A stretch of 57,501 bases of DNA from Nitrospirae bacterium MYbin3 (GTDB lineage Bacteria > Nitrospirota > Thermodesulfovibrionia > Thermodesulfovibrionales > Dissulfurispiraceae). Both the position numbers and the translations under genes were made by a program. Location of the stretch: contig PEAD01000020.1 of assembly GCA_002753335.1 (NCBI GenBank), positions 1 to 57,501 on the forward strand. Reading direction: 5' to 3'. This document shows positions 19,760 through 27,540 of this stretch, one piece after another. The notes beneath the pieces were generated by a model. It ran no database searches, had not been told where the DNA came from, and saw only the letters and a list, made by a program, of their open reading frames with translations. How positions within the stretch are numbered: position 1 is the stretch's first letter; every line of letters begins with the position of its first letter.

Positions 19760-21478
19760 TCAGATTAAAATTTTGATCTTTGTTCCCTTGCCGTGTATGC
19801 TTTCGATGCACATGTCCCAGCCGTGGGCCCTTACAAGATGTTTGACTATGGCAAGACCGAGTCCTGTGCCACCCATCTTTCTTGACCTCGCAGGATCAAC
19901 CCTGTAAAACCTTTCGCAAAGCCTTGGCAGATGCTTGGCGGGTATGCCTATTCCGGTATCCTGAATAAACAAAAAAGCATTTCCATTTTCGCTGTCAGCC
20001 CCGAATACTAAGCCTCCTGAATCGGTGAATTTTATAGCGTTGTCAACAAGATTGGTAAGTATCTGAATGAGCCTGTTCCTGTCTGCGTTTATTTCGGATA
20101 ATTCAGGCTTTATAGAAACGCTTAGGGAAAGCCCTTTTACCGCAGCCTTGTCCTGAAAAAGCATAATCACGTTTTCGGATACTTCAGCAAGCATTACATC
20201 CGTTTTATCTATTCTGATTACACCAAGTTCAATCTTAGATATAGTCATCAAGTCATCAACAAGACTGTTTATCCTCTCGCTGTTGGACTTTATGGTGCGC
20301 AGAAAATTAAGGGCATTCTCCCTGTCATCGAGCGCACCGTCAAGGAGTGTTTCGGCAAAACCTTTTATAGCGGTAACCGGAGTTTTAATTTCATGAGACA
20401 CATTAGCGACAAAATCCTTTCTCACCTGTTCAAGCCTCACCGCCATAGTAATATCATGAAACACAGCCACATAGCCTGCAAGCTCATCCTCTTTGTAGGA
20501 AAATGGAGAAACACTAACTGATAAATGTCTTTCCTCTGGATAATCAAGTCTGAACTCAACAAATCCGGATGTATTATCTGCACGCACTTTATCTACCAAC
20601 TCAGAAAACTCCCTGTTTCTCACAACCTCGATAAAAGGTCTTCCTGAAATCTCAATATCACCAAAAAACTTCATTGAAGCAGAACTCAAAAGCCGCACCG
20701 TTCCCTTTGAGTCCATTATCAGCAAAGCATCCGGTATGCTCTTAAGAATTACATTGAGACGCTTCTCCTCTTCCGAATGCTGTTCTATCAGCTTTTGTAG
20801 ATTCACCGACATCTCATTCAGATTCTCAGCTATCTCTTCAAATTCCCTTGCATCTTCAAGAAAAAGCCTTTTGGTTATATCTCCCCGAGCCAGAGCGCGC
20901 GACAGATTAGTCACCTGTTTTAAAAGCCGTCTCAAGTGGTCCGTCTGCCATACTACAAAAACTACTGTTATTATGAGGACAAAACTCACCACCCCGATTA
21001 TTTTTATCCTGAGAATATTTACAGAATTATTTATATCCTTCAAAGGCACGCTCAGCCTTATAAAATTCGAGCCTGCTTTAGACGCGAAATAAAGGAAATC
21101 ATACTGTAAAGTCTCGCTGTGCCTGATAGCCGATCCATATCCGGATATAAGCGCCTGTTTTATCTCAGGCCTGTCTAAATGGTTGTCCATCAAAGAAGAG
21201 TCTCTGTCCGAATCACCCAGCACCTTGCCGTTCAGACCTATAACAGTGACTCGCGCATGGGATTTTTCCTTAATAGTTCGGCAGAAACCATCAATCTGTT
21301 TTTGGTTTGAAGGTACAGCTCCGGAAATAAGACTTATTCGAACAGCAATCTCTTTTTTTAGGTCTTCAATATAGCTTTCTCTTACTGCCGAGGTTATATA
21401 AATCTCGACCAGCAGAAGAGACACTATTAACAAAACCGAATATATCAGAAAGATGCGCCTGAATATCCCTTTTTTCAT
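19760..21478 (-). CDS. phoR: Phosphate regulon sensor kinase
   Basis: HAMP-PAS-HisKA; DFVANVSHEIKTP, ERFYRVDPARSR; pst context. Confidence 0.9.
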   Translation of the reverse strand: MKKGIFRRIFLIYSVLLIVSLLLVEIYITSAVRESYIEDLKKEIAVRISLISGAVPSNQKQIDGFCRTIKEKSHARVTVIGLNGKVLGDSDRDSSLMDNHLDRPEIKQALISGYGSAIRHSETLQYDFLYFASKAGSNFIRLSVPLKDINNSVNILRIKIIGVVSFVLIITVVFVVWQTDHLRRLLKQVTNLSRALARGDITKRLFLEDAREFEEIAENLNEMSVNLQKLIEQHSEEEKRLNVILKSIPDALLIMDSKGTVRLLSSASMKFFGDIEISGRPFIEVVRNREFSELVDKVRADNTSGFVEFRLDYPEERHLSVSVSPFSYKEDELAGYVAVFHDITMAVRLEQVRKDFVANVSHEIKTPVTAIKGFAETLLDGALDDRENALNFLRTIKSNSERINSLVDDLMTISKIELGVIRIDKTDVMLAEVSENVIMLFQDKAAVKGLSLSVSIKPELSEINADRNRLIQILTNLVDNAIKFTDSGGLVFGADSENGNAFLFIQDTGIGIPAKHLPRLCERFYRVDPARSRKMGGTGLGLAIVKHLVRAHGWDMCIESIHGKGTKIKILI

Positions 21479-22188
21479 AACTCGGGTTCCACATAATAAC
21501 CGATGCCCCTTCGCGTCTTGATATAAGCAGGATTTGAAGGATCATCCTCAACTTGAGTCCGCAGCCTTCGTATATGAACATCCACTGTCCGGGGCTCCAC
21601 AAAAGCCTCATCCCGCCATATCGCGTCAAGAAGCTGATCCCTGCTGAACACCCTGCCCTTTCTCTCTGCAAGATATAAAAACAGCCTGAACTCCGTTGCA
21701 CTAAGGTTAAGCTTGTCGCCTTTCTTTGTGACCGTATAAGTTTCACGGTCAATCGAAATATTGCCAAGTCTGATGACGCCTTGGGCGGCCGTTTTTGTAT
21801 CAGACTCGACCTTTTCCTGAGTCCTGCGCAGCACCGCCTTGATACGCGCCGCAAGCTCCCTTGGACTGAACGGTTTTGTCATGTAATCGTCAGCCCCAAT
21901 CTCAAGACCCAGCACCCTGTCCAGTTCTTCCACTTTTGCGGTAAGCATTATGATAGGCAGTTTATTTGTCTTTGGATTGTTCCTTATGATCCTGCAAAGT
22001 TCCATCCCCTGAATTCCGGGCAGCATAAGATCGAGGACAAGCAGAGTATAAGTGTTAGCGTTTATTTTTTTGAGAGCTTCTTCACCGTCAAATGCGGCTT
22101 CGACCTCAAACCCATCCTTCTTTAGATTGTAAGAAACGAGCTCCACAATATCGGCCTCATCGTCAACTATAAGTATCTTATTAATCAC
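21475..22188 (-). CDS. phoB: Phosphate regulon response regulator PhoB/PhoP
   Basis: OmpR family, RTVDVHIRRLR; probable GTG start at 22188. Confidence 0.85.
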   Translation of the reverse strand: MINKILIVDDEADIVELVSYNLKKDGFEVEAAFDGEEALKKINANTYTLLVLDLMLPGIQGMELCRIIRNNPKTNKLPIIMLTAKVEELDRVLGLEIGADDYMTKPFSPRELAARIKAVLRRTQEKVESDTKTAAQGVIRLGNISIDRETYTVTKKGDKLNLSATEFRLFLYLAERKGRVFSRDQLLDAIWRDEAFVEPRTVDVHIRRLRTQVEDDPSNPAYIKTRRGIGYYVEPEL

Positions 22189-22284
22189 CGTATAGATATA
22201 CCATTTAGCATTATGAAGCCGCAATATAGCAATTCAGAAAAAGAAAGATAACTTTAATAACAAACCATTAGGGCCAACAATACG

Positions 22285-22491
22285 TCACCATCTGCTTATT
22301 ATCCTGAGAATAATAGCTTCATTAGGACAATTCTCGGCCGCTCTCGTCAACCGCACATCCTCATCCTGAATAGGGTAAGAAACCGAAGATTTCTCGCCCT
22401 TTATCGAAAAAACTTCGGATGCTCTAGAGGTGCAGGCCCCGCATCCCACGCATTTTTTAGTGTCTATTTTTATACTGACTTTACGCGCCAA
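22285..22491 (-). CDS. Small single-cluster ferredoxin
   Basis: CVGCGAC...AENCP motif. Confidence 0.75.
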   Translation of the reverse strand: MARKVSIKIDTKKCVGCGACTSRASEVFSIKGEKSSVSYPIQDEDVRLTRAAENCPNEAIILRIISRW

Positions 22492-22493
22492 AG
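22436..22493. repeat. 58-bp direct repeat, copy 1 (5' end of the ferredoxin gene)
   Basis: 56/58 identical to 23287-23344. Confidence 0.9.
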
Positions 22494-22729
22494 CTGTTTT
22501 AGTTGTCTATATTTGTCGGGCATCCAGTAAAAAACACAAAGACTTATAGATTCCCGCTCAACGCACTAAAAAAAGTATGGACTATAGATGCGGGAATGAC
22601 GTAAGTCGTTATTTTGAGACTGTTAATAATTGTACCACAAAAATCACAGGGCCTTCGGCTGCTGATTCCATAACATTAAAATATTTTATTTTTGCCCTTT
22701 CAGAAAAATCTCTATGCTATAATATTTTT

Positions 22730-22945
22730 ATGAATACTGCCGCTGAACTCGACAGCATCACAGAGATACTTGCTAAAATGCCCGAATCGGTGTTGCAGGA
22801 AGTTAGAGACTTCGCCTTTTATCTTGCAGACCGAGAACGCAGAAGAAATGCGCTTATCAAAAGGGTGCAAGAGGCAGAGGCATCAGCTCCAACACGATAC
22901 GATTCTGTTGATGATGCGGTAAATGCAGTATTTGATGAAGTTTAA
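22730..22945 (+). CDS. Putative antitoxin (small acidic protein)
   Basis: MNTAAELDSITEILAKMPESVLQEVRDFAFYL; overlaps the downstream toxin; TGcTATAAT ends 6 nt before the ATG (possibly leaderless). Confidence 0.7.
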   Translation: MNTAAELDSITEILAKMPESVLQEVRDFAFYLADRERRRNALIKRVQEAEASAPTRYDSVDDAVNAVFDEV

Positions 22946-23204
22946 ATTTGACTACGCACCGGCATATCTTAAAAACGCACGCAAGCTCGCTAAAAAATAT
23001 CCTCAACTAAAAAAGACCTACACAGAAGTTCTGTATAAACTTGCAGAAAATCCCTTTAATCCGCAACTGCACACGCATCCGCTTACAGGAGAACTTAAGG
23101 GTAAATATGCCTGCTCTCTGACTTATGAACTTCGCATTGTTTTCAAGCTGAATGAGGATGTTGTCCACTTGCTTGATATAGGCTCACACGACGAGGTTTA
23201 TTGA
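22935..23204 (+). CDS. YafQ/RelE-superfamily mRNA interferase toxin
   Basis: LHTHPLTGELKG...LRIVF...LLDIGSHDEVY. Confidence 0.85.
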   Translation: MKFKFDYAPAYLKNARKLAKKYPQLKKTYTEVLYKLAENPFNPQLHTHPLTGELKGKYACSLTYELRIVFKLNEDVVHLLDIGSHDEVY

Positions 23205-23282
23205 TACGAGTTACGATTATTCTGTCATACACGAATGCCTTTGTCGGGCATCCGTGTATCTAAAGAGAACCGTGCCCTTTAA

Positions 23283-23344
23283 TTAAGCCCCGCATCCTAC
23301 GCATTTTTTAGTGTCTATTTTTATGCTGACTTTACGCGCCAAAG
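23283..23344 (-). repeat. 58-bp direct repeat, copy 2: truncated ferredoxin 5' end (19 codons then TAA)
   Basis: MARKVSIKIDTKKCVGCGA* preceded by an AGGAGA RBS. Confidence 0.85.
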
Positions 23345-23544
23345 TTGCTCTCCTGCTAAACTTTTTTTCCTTTAGGCTCACAGGGCCTTCGGCTGTTGCC
23401 TACCGACCCCGCTTGCCTTTGTGCTTTTTGCCCTATGAAATACCGTTGCTTTTAATTTCACGGGGGCAGGACAGCGGTCTGGACACATCGCGCACTGACC
23501 GTGCATCCTTAAACGCAGCGGTTCGCGCTTGTTAATGATGTGTG

Positions 23545-23670
23545 CTGGCGAGGCGGAAGCCAAGATTGTTGTTCCTGTTGTCCGGATTGTTGTTGTTGCG
23601 ATTGGCTGAGCGAACATTCCTCGCGTTGTTGTTCCAGCTGCCGCCACGATTCACCCGGTTGGAGCCGCTC
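23545..23670 (-). repeat. DGR template repeat (TR)
   Basis: Ungapped 126-bp match to 25950-26075; 15 AAC/AAT codons in the target frame ([41 protein letters not shown]). Confidence 0.95.
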
Positions 23671-24688
23671 TCCGACCGCTGCCCGTATTAGCAAAAAGCC
23701 TTTTCCTTAAATTCAGTGAATCAGCAAACCCCGCAAACCCTATTATGCTCGCAAGGCTCATGCTGTATTTATCTTCGTCAATAAGTCCTCGCCTGAACTC
23801 ATTTTCCCTCTGCCTGATTTTGGCCTTGAGCCGTTTGATGTTCTCACTTTTGATACGAAGTAGCGACGGAAACACCCTGAAACCAAGAAACGGCAATCCG
23901 TTCAGCCTCGAATTTATCATGGTTGCGGAGTCTTTCAGTTTAAGACACAGACGCTGCTCAAGGAAATTCTCAGACAGTTTCAAAAGTTCTTTTAAACGCT
24001 CTTTGTCGTCAGAGAATATAACGCAGTCGTCCATGTAGCGAAGATACGCTTTGCAGCCAAGTTCGTCTTTTATGTAGTGGTCAAAGGCATCGAGATAAAC
24101 ATTCGCAAAAAACTGGCTTGTCAGATTACCGATAGGCAAGCCCTTGCCCGTCTGCTCTCCCCTGCTCGCGTCATTGTTGGCGACTATTATTTTTATCAGA
24201 TCAAGCAACCTTTTGTCCTTTATCTTTCTTTCAATGAGTCCGATCAGAACACTGTGATCCATGCTCTCGAAGTATTTATTGATATCGAATTTCAGATAAT
24301 AGCGGTTCTTGCGCATGAACTCCTGCGCCCTTCTGACGCATTTGTGCGTGCCCTTTTCCTTTCGAGTGGCGTAGGAATCATAGATAAACACCCTTTCAAA
24401 TATCGGCTCAAGAGCAGCAACTACAGAGTGGTGCACTACCCTGTCCCTGAAAGAAGCTACGCTTATCGTCCTTTCCTTAGGCTCATATACCTGAAAATAA
24501 CGGTACTTGTCTGGCCGGTAGATACCGTTTAACAGCTCACGCTGTAATTCAAAAAGTAGGTGTTCAAGCTCAAACTCAAAGGCGCATGCTTCTTCGGTTT
24601 TACCGCTGCCTCTCATCGCCTTTTTGAAAGCTCGATACAAGCTTTCAAATGTGCAGACCTTTTCAAACAGGTTTCCGGTTCTTTTCAT
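23651..24688 (-). CDS. DGR reverse transcriptase
   Basis: [43 protein letters not shown]; 345 aa with no maturase or endonuclease tail. Confidence 0.95.
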   Translation of the reverse strand: MKRTGNLFEKVCTFESLYRAFKKAMRGSGKTEEACAFEFELEHLLFELQRELLNGIYRPDKYRYFQVYEPKERTISVASFRDRVVHHSVVAALEPIFERVFIYDSYATRKEKGTHKCVRRAQEFMRKNRYYLKFDINKYFESMDHSVLIGLIERKIKDKRLLDLIKIIVANNDASRGEQTGKGLPIGNLTSQFFANVYLDAFDHYIKDELGCKAYLRYMDDCVIFSDDKERLKELLKLSENFLEQRLCLKLKDSATMINSRLNGLPFLGFRVFPSLLRIKSENIKRLKAKIRQRENEFRRGLIDEDKYSMSLASIIGFAGFADSLNLRKRLFANTGSGRRAAPTG

Positions 24689-25019
24689 GCGCCGATTTCC
24701 TCCATCCGCCCACCATAACTCCGGTTTCGTTCAGTTCCCTGCTGATGAACTCGTACTGACTGGATGAGAGGTATTTTCTGTTGAATGATATTCTGAAAAG
24801 AACTCTCAGTTTTTCTATATATAGGTTCAACTTATCCAATATATACGCCCTGTCTTTGCTATATATAGCCTCAATTATGCCTTCGGTTATGTCCAAAGAA
24901 AGGTTTGCTATCCTGTCCGAGAAGCTGAAACGCACACTTTTGGGGAAGCTGTCTGTCCTGTCGAGTATCCAGTCCTGCACCGAAAGCCATTTGTTGAAAA
25001 CAGGGTAGTCCTTGTTCAT
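24663..25019 (-). CDS. avd: DGR accessory variability determinant (four-helix bundle)
   Basis: FPKSVRFSFSDRI, LRVLFRIS, ETGVMVGGW; overlaps the RT start. Confidence 0.9.
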   Translation of the reverse strand: MNKDYPVFNKWLSVQDWILDRTDSFPKSVRFSFSDRIANLSLDITEGIIEAIYSKDRAYILDKLNLYIEKLRVLFRISFNRKYLSSSQYEFISRELNETGVMVGGWRKSAHEKNRKPV

Positions 25020-25029
25020 TTTCCCTTTT

Positions 25030-25053
25030 TGTCACATTGAGCCTGTCGAAGGG
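25030..25053 (+). repeat. REP-like palindromic repeat, copy A
   Basis: TGTCACATTGAGCCTGTCGAAGGG; contains the GIY-YIG stop codon. Confidence 0.75.
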
Positions 25054-25334
25054 CGTTTTTTCGACAACTCTATCAATCTTTCAAAATCCCCATTTATGAG
25101 AGACTCCTTCTTCCGTCTTGACCAGCCTTTAATCTGTTTCTCCCTAGATATTGCTTCAACAACATCTCCAAACTCCTCAATATACATTAGGTTAACAGGT
25201 CGTTTCTCATGGGTATAACATCCTTTAATAATTCCCTCTTGATGCTCATAGAAACGCCTTTCAACATCATTGGTTACACCTGTATAATAGCTTCCGTCCG
25301 AGCATTGCAATATGTAAATGTAGTAGCTCTTCAT
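25032..25334 (-). CDS. Stand-alone GIY-YIG nuclease
   Basis: YYIYILQCSDGSYYTGVTND..RR..EH, AISREKQIKGWSRRKKE. Confidence 0.9.
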   Translation of the reverse strand: MKSYYIYILQCSDGSYYTGVTNDVERRFYEHQEGIIKGCYTHEKRPVNLMYIEEFGDVVEAISREKQIKGWSRRKKESLINGDFERLIELSKKRPSTGSM

Positions 25335-25350
25335 TTTTTATTTTCTATAT

Positions 25351-25423
25351 CGTCATCCTTCGACAAGCTCAGGATGACATTTTCAGCTGGCTCACCACTG
25401 TCACCCTGAGCTTGTCGAAGGGG
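25351..25423. repeat. Inverted pair of REP-like repeats (copies B and C)
   Basis: CGTCATCCTTCGACAAGCTCAGGATGACA, 19 nt, TGTCACCCTGAGCTTGTCGAAGGG. Confidence 0.85.
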
Positions 25424-25850
25424 CGTAAAAAGTCCTGATCATCTCCGTAACAGCGGCGCCGTATTTTTCGATCTTTTTCTTTCCAAAGCCTCTGATGGCC
25501 TTCAATGCCTCAAGGCTGCGGGGCGTGTTCTTGATAATATCCTTAAGTTCCCTGTTGGTTGCCACTATATATGTCGGCACGCCTTCTTTCTCTGCCTGTT
25601 CCCTGCGCCATTGCTTGAGCCGGTCAAACAGCAGCTTTTCGGCTTCATTCATGCCTTCGTGTTCGCCGCCTTCAGCCTTTTCAAGCACAGTATCGTACTC
25701 GAGAAACACCGTCCAGCTTGGGTTTCCTTCGTGGATAAAAAATTCTGTCCTAAAACTTTTCACCTGCTTGTTAAGGCAGAAATCGTTCAGTATTTCCTCG
25801 CTGAACGATTTGGTTGCAGAATCATAGGGTATGGTCAGTATTTTAAACAT
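25401..25850 (-). CDS. HRDC-domain DGR accessory protein
   Basis: LFDRLKQWRREQAEKEGVPTYIVATNRELKDI...IRGFGKKKIEKYG. Confidence 0.88.
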   Translation of the reverse strand: MFKILTIPYDSATKSFSEEILNDFCLNKQVKSFRTEFFIHEGNPSWTVFLEYDTVLEKAEGGEHEGMNEAEKLLFDRLKQWRREQAEKEGVPTYIVATNRELKDIIKNTPRSLEALKAIRGFGKKKIEKYGAAVTEMIRTFYAPSTSSG

Positions 25851-25867
25851 GGCTTAAAGACAAAGAC

Positions 25868-25887
25868 TGCGGGGCTCTGCCCCTGCA
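25868..25887 (-). other. GC-rich hairpin downstream of the VR (candidate DGR cis-acting stem-loop)
   Basis: Minus strand TGC-A-GGGGC-AGA-GCCCC-GCA, about 52 nt after the target stop. Confidence 0.55.
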
Positions 25888-25939
25888 CCCCGAAAGAATA
25901 TAAAAAACAGCAAAAGGTAAAAAGGTAAGAATCCAAAAA

Positions 25940-26968
25940 CTAAGGAGTCCTGGCGAGGCGGATGCCAAGAAAGCCGTACCTGTAGCCCGGATTGTCGAAG
26001 TTGCGAAGGGCTGACCGAACAAACCCCGCGTTGTCGTCCCAGCTGCCGCCACGATACACCCGGTAGGAGCCGCTCGAAGGCCCCGTAGGATTGTTCCTCG
26101 GACTGTTGCTGTAATAATTATCTGCCTTCCAGTCCTGCACCCATTCCCATACATTGCCGCTCATATCATATATACCGAGTCCGTTCGGCGCTTTTGTTCC
26201 AACCTGATGCGTCTTGCTGCCGGAGTTTGAACTATACCACGCTACACTGTCAACATCATTGCCACCGGAATATTTCTCGCTCTTGCCTCCACTCCTTGCA
26301 GCATATTCCCATTCGGCTTCTGTAGGCAATCTGTATTTGCCGCCGCCTGAACGGCTGTTTAGTCTGCTTATAAATTCCTGAACATCATTCCAACTGACAT
26401 TCTCCACAGGGCAGTTATCGCCGCAGTTCTTGAAGTGCGATGGATTATTTCCCATCACCGCCTGCCATTGCCCTTGTGTCACTTCATACTTGCCTATGTA
26501 ATAATCATCTACACAAACCTCATGCACAGGCTTTTCATCATCGTAACATTCACTCGTCCAGCTTCCGCATCCCATCTGATAACAGCCGCCTTTGACAAAC
26601 ACAAGCTCCATGCCGGTCGCAGAGTCTTTGATGAGCTTGCCGCCTGCAACAACCTCAAAATCGGCGCTTCCTGAATAGCCGCGCGAAAAGTCCTGAAGCA
26701 CATTCCAATATATCTTCTTTTTCTTTCCTGTTTTTGTCTTGCCGTAATCTCCTGTAAGATGCAGCTTTTCTGCGGAATAGTCCCTGCCCTTGACGGTTAT
26801 CGTAACGCTCACCTCGGCATCTTCATTGTATTCGCCCTCAAGGTCGTATTCCATAAGCATGCGGTTGCCCTGCTGCCGGACATCGAGGTTCTTGACCTCT
26901 GCGGCAAAGGATAGACCGCACACTAATATGGACATAATTAAAAATGCGAAGAGTTTTACAGATTTCAC
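25940..26968 (-). CDS. DGR target: secreted protein with C-terminal FGE-sulfatase (C-type lectin fold) domain
   Basis: Signal peptide; YEVTQ, RLPTEAEWEYAAR, NGLGIYDMSGNVWEW, RGGSW; VR at the C-terminus. Confidence 0.93.
   Translation of the reverse strand: MKSVKLFAFLIMSILVCGLSFAAEVKNLDVRQQGNRMLMEYDLEGEYNEDAEVSVTITVKGRDYSAEKLHLTGDYGKTKTGKKKKIYWNVLQDFSRGYSGSADFEVVAGGKLIKDSATGMELVFVKGGCYQMGCGSWTSECYDDEKPVHEVCVDDYYIGKYEVTQGQWQAVMGNNPSHFKNCGDNCPVENVSWNDVQEFISRLNSRSGGGKYRLPTEAEWEYAARSGGKSEKYSGGNDVDSVAWYSSNSGSKTHQVGTKAPNGLGIYDMSGNVWEWVQDWKADNYYSNSPRNNPTGPSSGSYRVYRGGSWDDNAGFVRSALRNFDNPGYRYGFLGIRLARTP
25950..26075 (-). repeat. DGR variable repeat (VR)
   Basis: 105/126 identical to the TR; 19 of 21 differences at TR adenines. 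Confidence 0.95.
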
Positions 26969-27243
26969 TTGTATGCCCCTCCACGATGATCTATTTCATA
27001 AACATAAAGCTCACCGGTATTCCTGTCAATTTTAAAAATGATACGAACATTACCGAGCCTCATTCTCATAAAACCCTTCCATTGTCCTTCGAGAGATTTT
27101 ATCTGGAGCTCTCTGAAAGGGACTATTCCCTGTTCGTCCACAGACAATGCAAGCCTTTTGATTTTAGTTCTGATTCGCTCACGAGTTGCATCATCTGAAC
27201 CTATAATGAACTTCTCGGCCTGTCTGCTGAACTTTAATTTCAC
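26965..27243 (-). CDS. RelE/ParE-family toxin
   Basis: IKSLEGQWKGFMRMRLGNVRIIF...EIDHRGGAYK. Confidence 0.85.
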   Translation of the reverse strand: MKLKFSRQAEKFIIGSDDATRERIRTKIKRLALSVDEQGIVPFRELQIKSLEGQWKGFMRMRLGNVRIIFKIDRNTGELYVYEIDHRGGAYK

Positions 27244-27443
27244 TTCATTACCCAGTCTGTCATGTCTTTAAAATCAGATTTTTTGTATTTGGCCGGAGTG
27301 CCGTAATTACCCTCTATCTCTTGCATCTCTTTCTTTGATACCGGCGGAACCAAAACCTCATATAACCCTAACCGCTCTTCGCGTATTGCATCACGAACAC
27401 TCTCCCTGATTATTTTTCTCAATACCTTTTCAGCAACTACCAT
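27240..27443 (-). CDS. Putative antitoxin
   Basis: Small gene overlapping the toxin start; AGAGGAGG RBS before MVVAEK. Confidence 0.65.
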   Translation of the reverse strand: MVVAEKVLRKIIRESVRDAIREERLGLYEVLVPPVSKKEMQEIEGNYGTPAKYKKSDFKDMTDWVMK

Positions 27444-27540
27444 TTGATTGCCTCCTCTGTAAAATATGCCCTGTTCCGCCTTTGAAAAATCATATTCTTT
27501 TTTCATATCAACTCATTCACCCTTCCAAGCTTCTACCCTT

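Larger units (their letters stand above)
23378..26968 (-). mobile_element. Diversity-generating retroelement (target/VR-hrdc-[GIY-YIG]-avd-RT-TR)
   Basis: DGR-type RT, Avd, HRDC and a TR/VR pair with adenine-specific mismatches. Confidence 0.95.

Noticed and set aside
23563..23633. (GTT)n runs as a microsatellite or CRISPR array
   Set aside because: Explained by the AAC codons of the TR; I saw no repeat-spacer array or cas genes in the window.
23378..23694. Minus-strand ORFs 23378-23647 and 23509-23694 (Thr- and Gln-rich)
   Set aside because: They are alternative-frame translations of the AAC-rich TR and its spacer, not credible proteins.
23651..24688. RT as a group II intron, retron or CRISPR-associated RT
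   Set aside because: It has the SQ motif, no maturase or Cas1 domain, an adjacent avd and a TR/VR pair.
25843..26154. 103-aa minus-strand ORF overlapping the target 3' end
   Set aside because: Alternative frame of the VR region.
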